Part shown: positions 47,915 to 51,184 of the stretch, piece after piece
Layout: the number at the start of each line of letters is the position of its first letter
Position numbering within the stretch: the first letter of the stretch is position 1
Assembly: GCA_003427395.1 (NCBI GenBank)
Contig: BFEA01000008.1
Location: 1,820,695-1,871,878, forward strand
DNA from: Chara braunii
Lineage: Eukaryota > Plantae > Charophyceae
Direction: 5' to 3'
Length of the DNA stretch: 51,184 bases
The notes under the pieces: generated by a model
Database searches by the model: none
Told to the model about the DNA's origin: nothing
What the model saw: only the letters and a program-made list of their open reading frames with translations
Program-made: the position numbers and the translations under genes

Positions 47915-50900
47915 TTAAGTTAAACCAGGCCTCACACCCCCATCTGCCAGGCTACGAGGCAACGCGACCTGCCTCAGGACATAATATGTTGGGCTTCTCT
48001 TAATGTCTCGGAGCATACGTCAATTTATGTTCTGTCCTCTTCATTTTTCTGCAGGATAGATAGGATATCCGCTTGTCCTTTCCATTTTAAATTTCCTTTT
48101 CTGCTTCACACCTTAGCTTGTAGCCTTCTGCATGACATTGTAGAATTTTCGAATTTTGTTTGAAATTGCGTGCATGCCATCTGTGACTTGGAATTTAATA
48201 TGCACATTGCACTGCACTTCTTCTTCTCCAGCAGTCTGCCTGACAAGCTTCAATTGCCCTTTCGTACTTGTGCCTTCGGATTCCTAACTCTGCAGGAAAC
48301 CATGATTGCTGATCTTCACGACCCCACGTGTTCACTTGCAACATTTTCACCCTAGGAAGCGAAGGTGTTGGCGACGCTATATCTGCTTGACAATGTGAGC
48401 AATTTTGAAACAATTGTTTTCGTCATGATTCTTTTGTGTAAATCAGTTTTTGACTGATGGCCCACATCTGGCCTGTTTCTCTTGGCATCTCTCTCTCTCT
48501 TAAAATTTTCCTTCCGCTTAACGAAACTCGTTCCGGAACCCGATCCCGGCGATCCGTGGACATTCCAGTTCTGACTTCTGACCAGAAACAGTTACAGTAA
48601 CTCCACCTCATCTCTCCTAAATTTAAATCCTTGGAAAATCCTTGGAAGTTGGCACACCCCCTTTCTTGCACTTTAAACTTTAAAGCAGCCTTGAAGTTCG
48701 AGTTTGGTGCGAGGTTGCCAGTCACAGGCAGGGGCACCAGGGGGCCATTTCCTCCAAGCATCTTTAAGTTGCGCGAATGAATCTTGTTATGCAAAAGATT
48801 TGATTCAGAAGCAGGAGGTCACTTTGATTGTAGTTACACTGAAGCCACACCCAGGTGTAGGTCATGCAAATGTAATGCCATGTGGCCTTACTGTAAACAT
48901 GGATTGGGTACATTCTAATTGTGGCCCTAATATTCGCTCAGAACCACTGCCAGTGTGGTCACTCCTTGTCTCTTTCCCTTTTTTATTTTCCTCTCTTCTC
49001 GCGCCCTGTCTCTGTACCCTTCATCACCCTGAGGCTCTCAATTAAACGCATGCTAGTTGTGTCAAGCCTCCATGTGCGGGAAAGGTCCCACTTACGCACC
49101 AGATCAGATTCTTCTGCTCCTCGTGACAGATGACTCTAGTAAAGCATGGTCCAGACCTAGATCATTTCAAAAACAAATTAAAGAATAAAAATCCAGGCAA
49201 GTGGGACCCCACCACTAGTGGATCATCTTGAACCACTGATCTCAGTCCCACGCAATAGGTGGAGTCCCGGTGGACCATACCGGCATCGCCCCTGAGTCCC
49301 TCAGATAGCCAAAGAGAAACGAGAAAAATGGGAAAGACAAAAGCGCAAGTCATGACAATGCAAAGTAAGTAGAAACAATAAAGGAAATTTGAAGAAAACA
49401 GTATGTACATATAAATGTAGGATTATAATATTATATCTCCCGCTTGGGGGAGGCTTCCCAATCCACATATAAAAGCAAGTAGCTTACTAGCCTTATGGTG
49501 TGTGATTAGGCTTCGAAAGTCCTTCCTTGTATCCCCTTCTTTCCCAATTGTTGGATGCTTAGTGAATACTCGCACAAGACTCGCATTGAGAAAAGTCCAA
49601 ATCAATCTGGGTGAGAATGCGGTCACACACATCCGTGGAACGTGCGCCCTACCGTAATCTGCCAATATCCAACGAGTCACATGTCATTGAGTGTGTTTAG
49701 TGTTCACAAGTAAGTGCGCCTATTGCAGACTTGCCTCGGCACAGGTATGTGTGGAGCTTCAACTTGCATGCCTCACCATCTCAGGCATGTGGAGCTTCTT
49801 CTATAAGTTTTAGATTCAGATGCATTGTATCTGAAATTCTTTAAATCATGCTCTCGTGTTCGATTCATCTCAGAATAAATTGAGTCAATAGATGCATAAA
49901 AAACATGTGTTTTCTTTCCCATCGAAGCGTCCGTTTTTCACCGTTTTAGTCCCAACTTCATCTAGACTTGATGCAGATTTATACGTTGTACCTAGACTGC
50001 TTCTGACAAGGAACAAATTGTTTATCATGTAGGGGTTTATCCTCCTTTCACTCCCCTACTCTCCTACCTCCCTCATTCTCTCTCTAGATATTCTTCTCCC
50101 CTCGTTTGGTGACTTTTTTATCCCATGTCACCATGGGACCACATTTTTAAAGTATATTATACATGAGCACTTCAAAACTAAGGTCATTGTGGTCCCTAGT
50201 ATCCTCTACTACCCATATCTAAATATCAAGGTCTATAAGACTTGAATAGAGTCATGTTTGCCTTTACTCTAGCCTATTGCAATTCCGACCCCAAGGGGTC
50301 CTTTTTTTCTTTGTACATTGCATCTGGGCACTAATATTACTATTGCCTCACACTTTATTTTAACCCTTAAGTCCCCTACTCCCTCTTTGTCTAGCCATAC
50401 TGCCCCTGGGCTCTCCTCACACTAAACATAAGTGGTCATGAGACTTCAAATCAGAGAGTCCCCCTTAGGTAACGTAATGATACCATTTTTTTAGGTCTCA
50501 TTAAGTCTATGTGCTGCGGCACAAGTATACTTGTGACATTTTTTCTAGTGGATCGTTTTTTTTTTCGAGAAAAGGGGGCCCCTTTATTTTATTTTCCGCA
50601 TCCGCTCCGTTTTTGTTGGGGTCAAGTTGTTGCTCCTCGACATTTCCCATGCGGGATTTCCGCAGGTAATACCCCTGGTATCAATTTATTTATTTTTTGT
50701 CCCATATCGCCTCATCACCCGACACTCCCACCTTCATAGCGAGTGTTCTTTGTGCACTGTGTGGCCGGTTGGCTCCCCTTTTTTTGATAAGTTACAGCGC
50801 CGGCTTTCGTCGACGCAACTTGCTGATCTTTCTTGCGTAGGTCCATTTTCTTTTCCCTAAGCAAGTCCCTCCTTTTCTTATTTTCGTTCACCCTTTTTTT

Positions 50901-51040
50901 TTCGCGAATTCCTAAATCCACTGCAAGTTGTCTTAGGTCCACCACTTTAACCGTTTTGGCTTATCTTGTATATCCCGTATATATATCTATATATATATAT
51001 CTATATCGTCACAAACAGAACTGCCCGGTAATATATGTGG

Positions 51041-51088
51041 GTGAGTGATAGTCTACTTTGATTTTGGTTAAGGTGGATTATCACTTAC
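51041..51088 (+). ncRNA. Long uninterrupted RNA hairpin with multiple G-U pairs
   Basis: GUGAGUGAUAGUCUACUUUGA (51041-51061) pairs fully with UUAAGGUGGAUUAUCACUUAC (51068-51088): 21 bp including 5 G-U pairs that work only on the + strand. Confidence 0.7.
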
Positions 51089-51100
51089 AGTGTAATCAGT

Positions 51101-51182
51101 GAGGGGATTCTACAGACTGTTGAGGGTTCAGCCTCCTGATGAGTCGGTGAAACTCCGACGAAACAGTTTGTCACAGCCCCTC
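51101..51182 (+). ncRNA. Type III hammerhead ribozyme
   Basis: Stem III ACAGACUGU (51112-20)/ACAGUUUGU (51163-71); GUU triplet 51119-21; stem I GAGG/CCUC; core CUGAUGA 51136-42; stem II GUCGG/CCGAC; GAAA 51160-63; outer helix GAGGGG/CCCCUC. Confidence 0.92.
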
Positions 51183-51184
51183 GT

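Noticed and set aside
48356-48394. Possible 39-nt micro-exon (AG|EAKVLATLYLLDN|GTGAG)
   Set aside because: Splice-like context only; no recognisable homology or partner exons
50100-50500. Possible very old APE endonuclease remnant on the minus strand (GVGIAI)
   Set aside because: Single short motif amid many stops; insufficient evidence
51008-51040. Minus strand AUAUAUUACCGGGCAGUUCUGUUU resembles hairpin-ribozyme loop B and substrate strands
   Set aside because: Partner strand (AGAA...GAAACA) not found in the window and helix 2 would be too short; revisit only with flanking sequence

Overview
Eukaryotic, repeat-saturated window with three assembly gaps and no intact host gene that I can support. 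The Gypsy peptides, long L1-type LINEs, Myb/SANT-trihelix pseudogene and abundant homopolymer runs resemble a charophyte alga such as Chara; that assignment is inference from recall. Contents in order: a decayed chromodomain-bearing Ty3/Gypsy element with an in-phase -1 frameshift signal; four large L1/Tx1-like LINE copies plus one LINE fragment, all on the minus strand; a truncated Penelope-like (PLE) RT with two tandem 3' repeat units and an inverted 5' partial copy; several non-autonomous DNA transposons (TTAA-flanked MITEs, 2-bp and 6-bp TSD elements, foldbacks); and a PIF/Harbinger end with a Myb/SANT ORF. Two RNA-level signals stand out. (1) A complete type III hammerhead ribozyme at the extreme right end, preceded by a long G-U-rich hairpin. 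(2) An unrecognised ~110-135 nt structured module with compensatory base changes, present about nine times, located downstream of ORF2 in two divergent LINEs, at the end of the PLE repeat units, and as free copies. All alignments and folds were done by eye.
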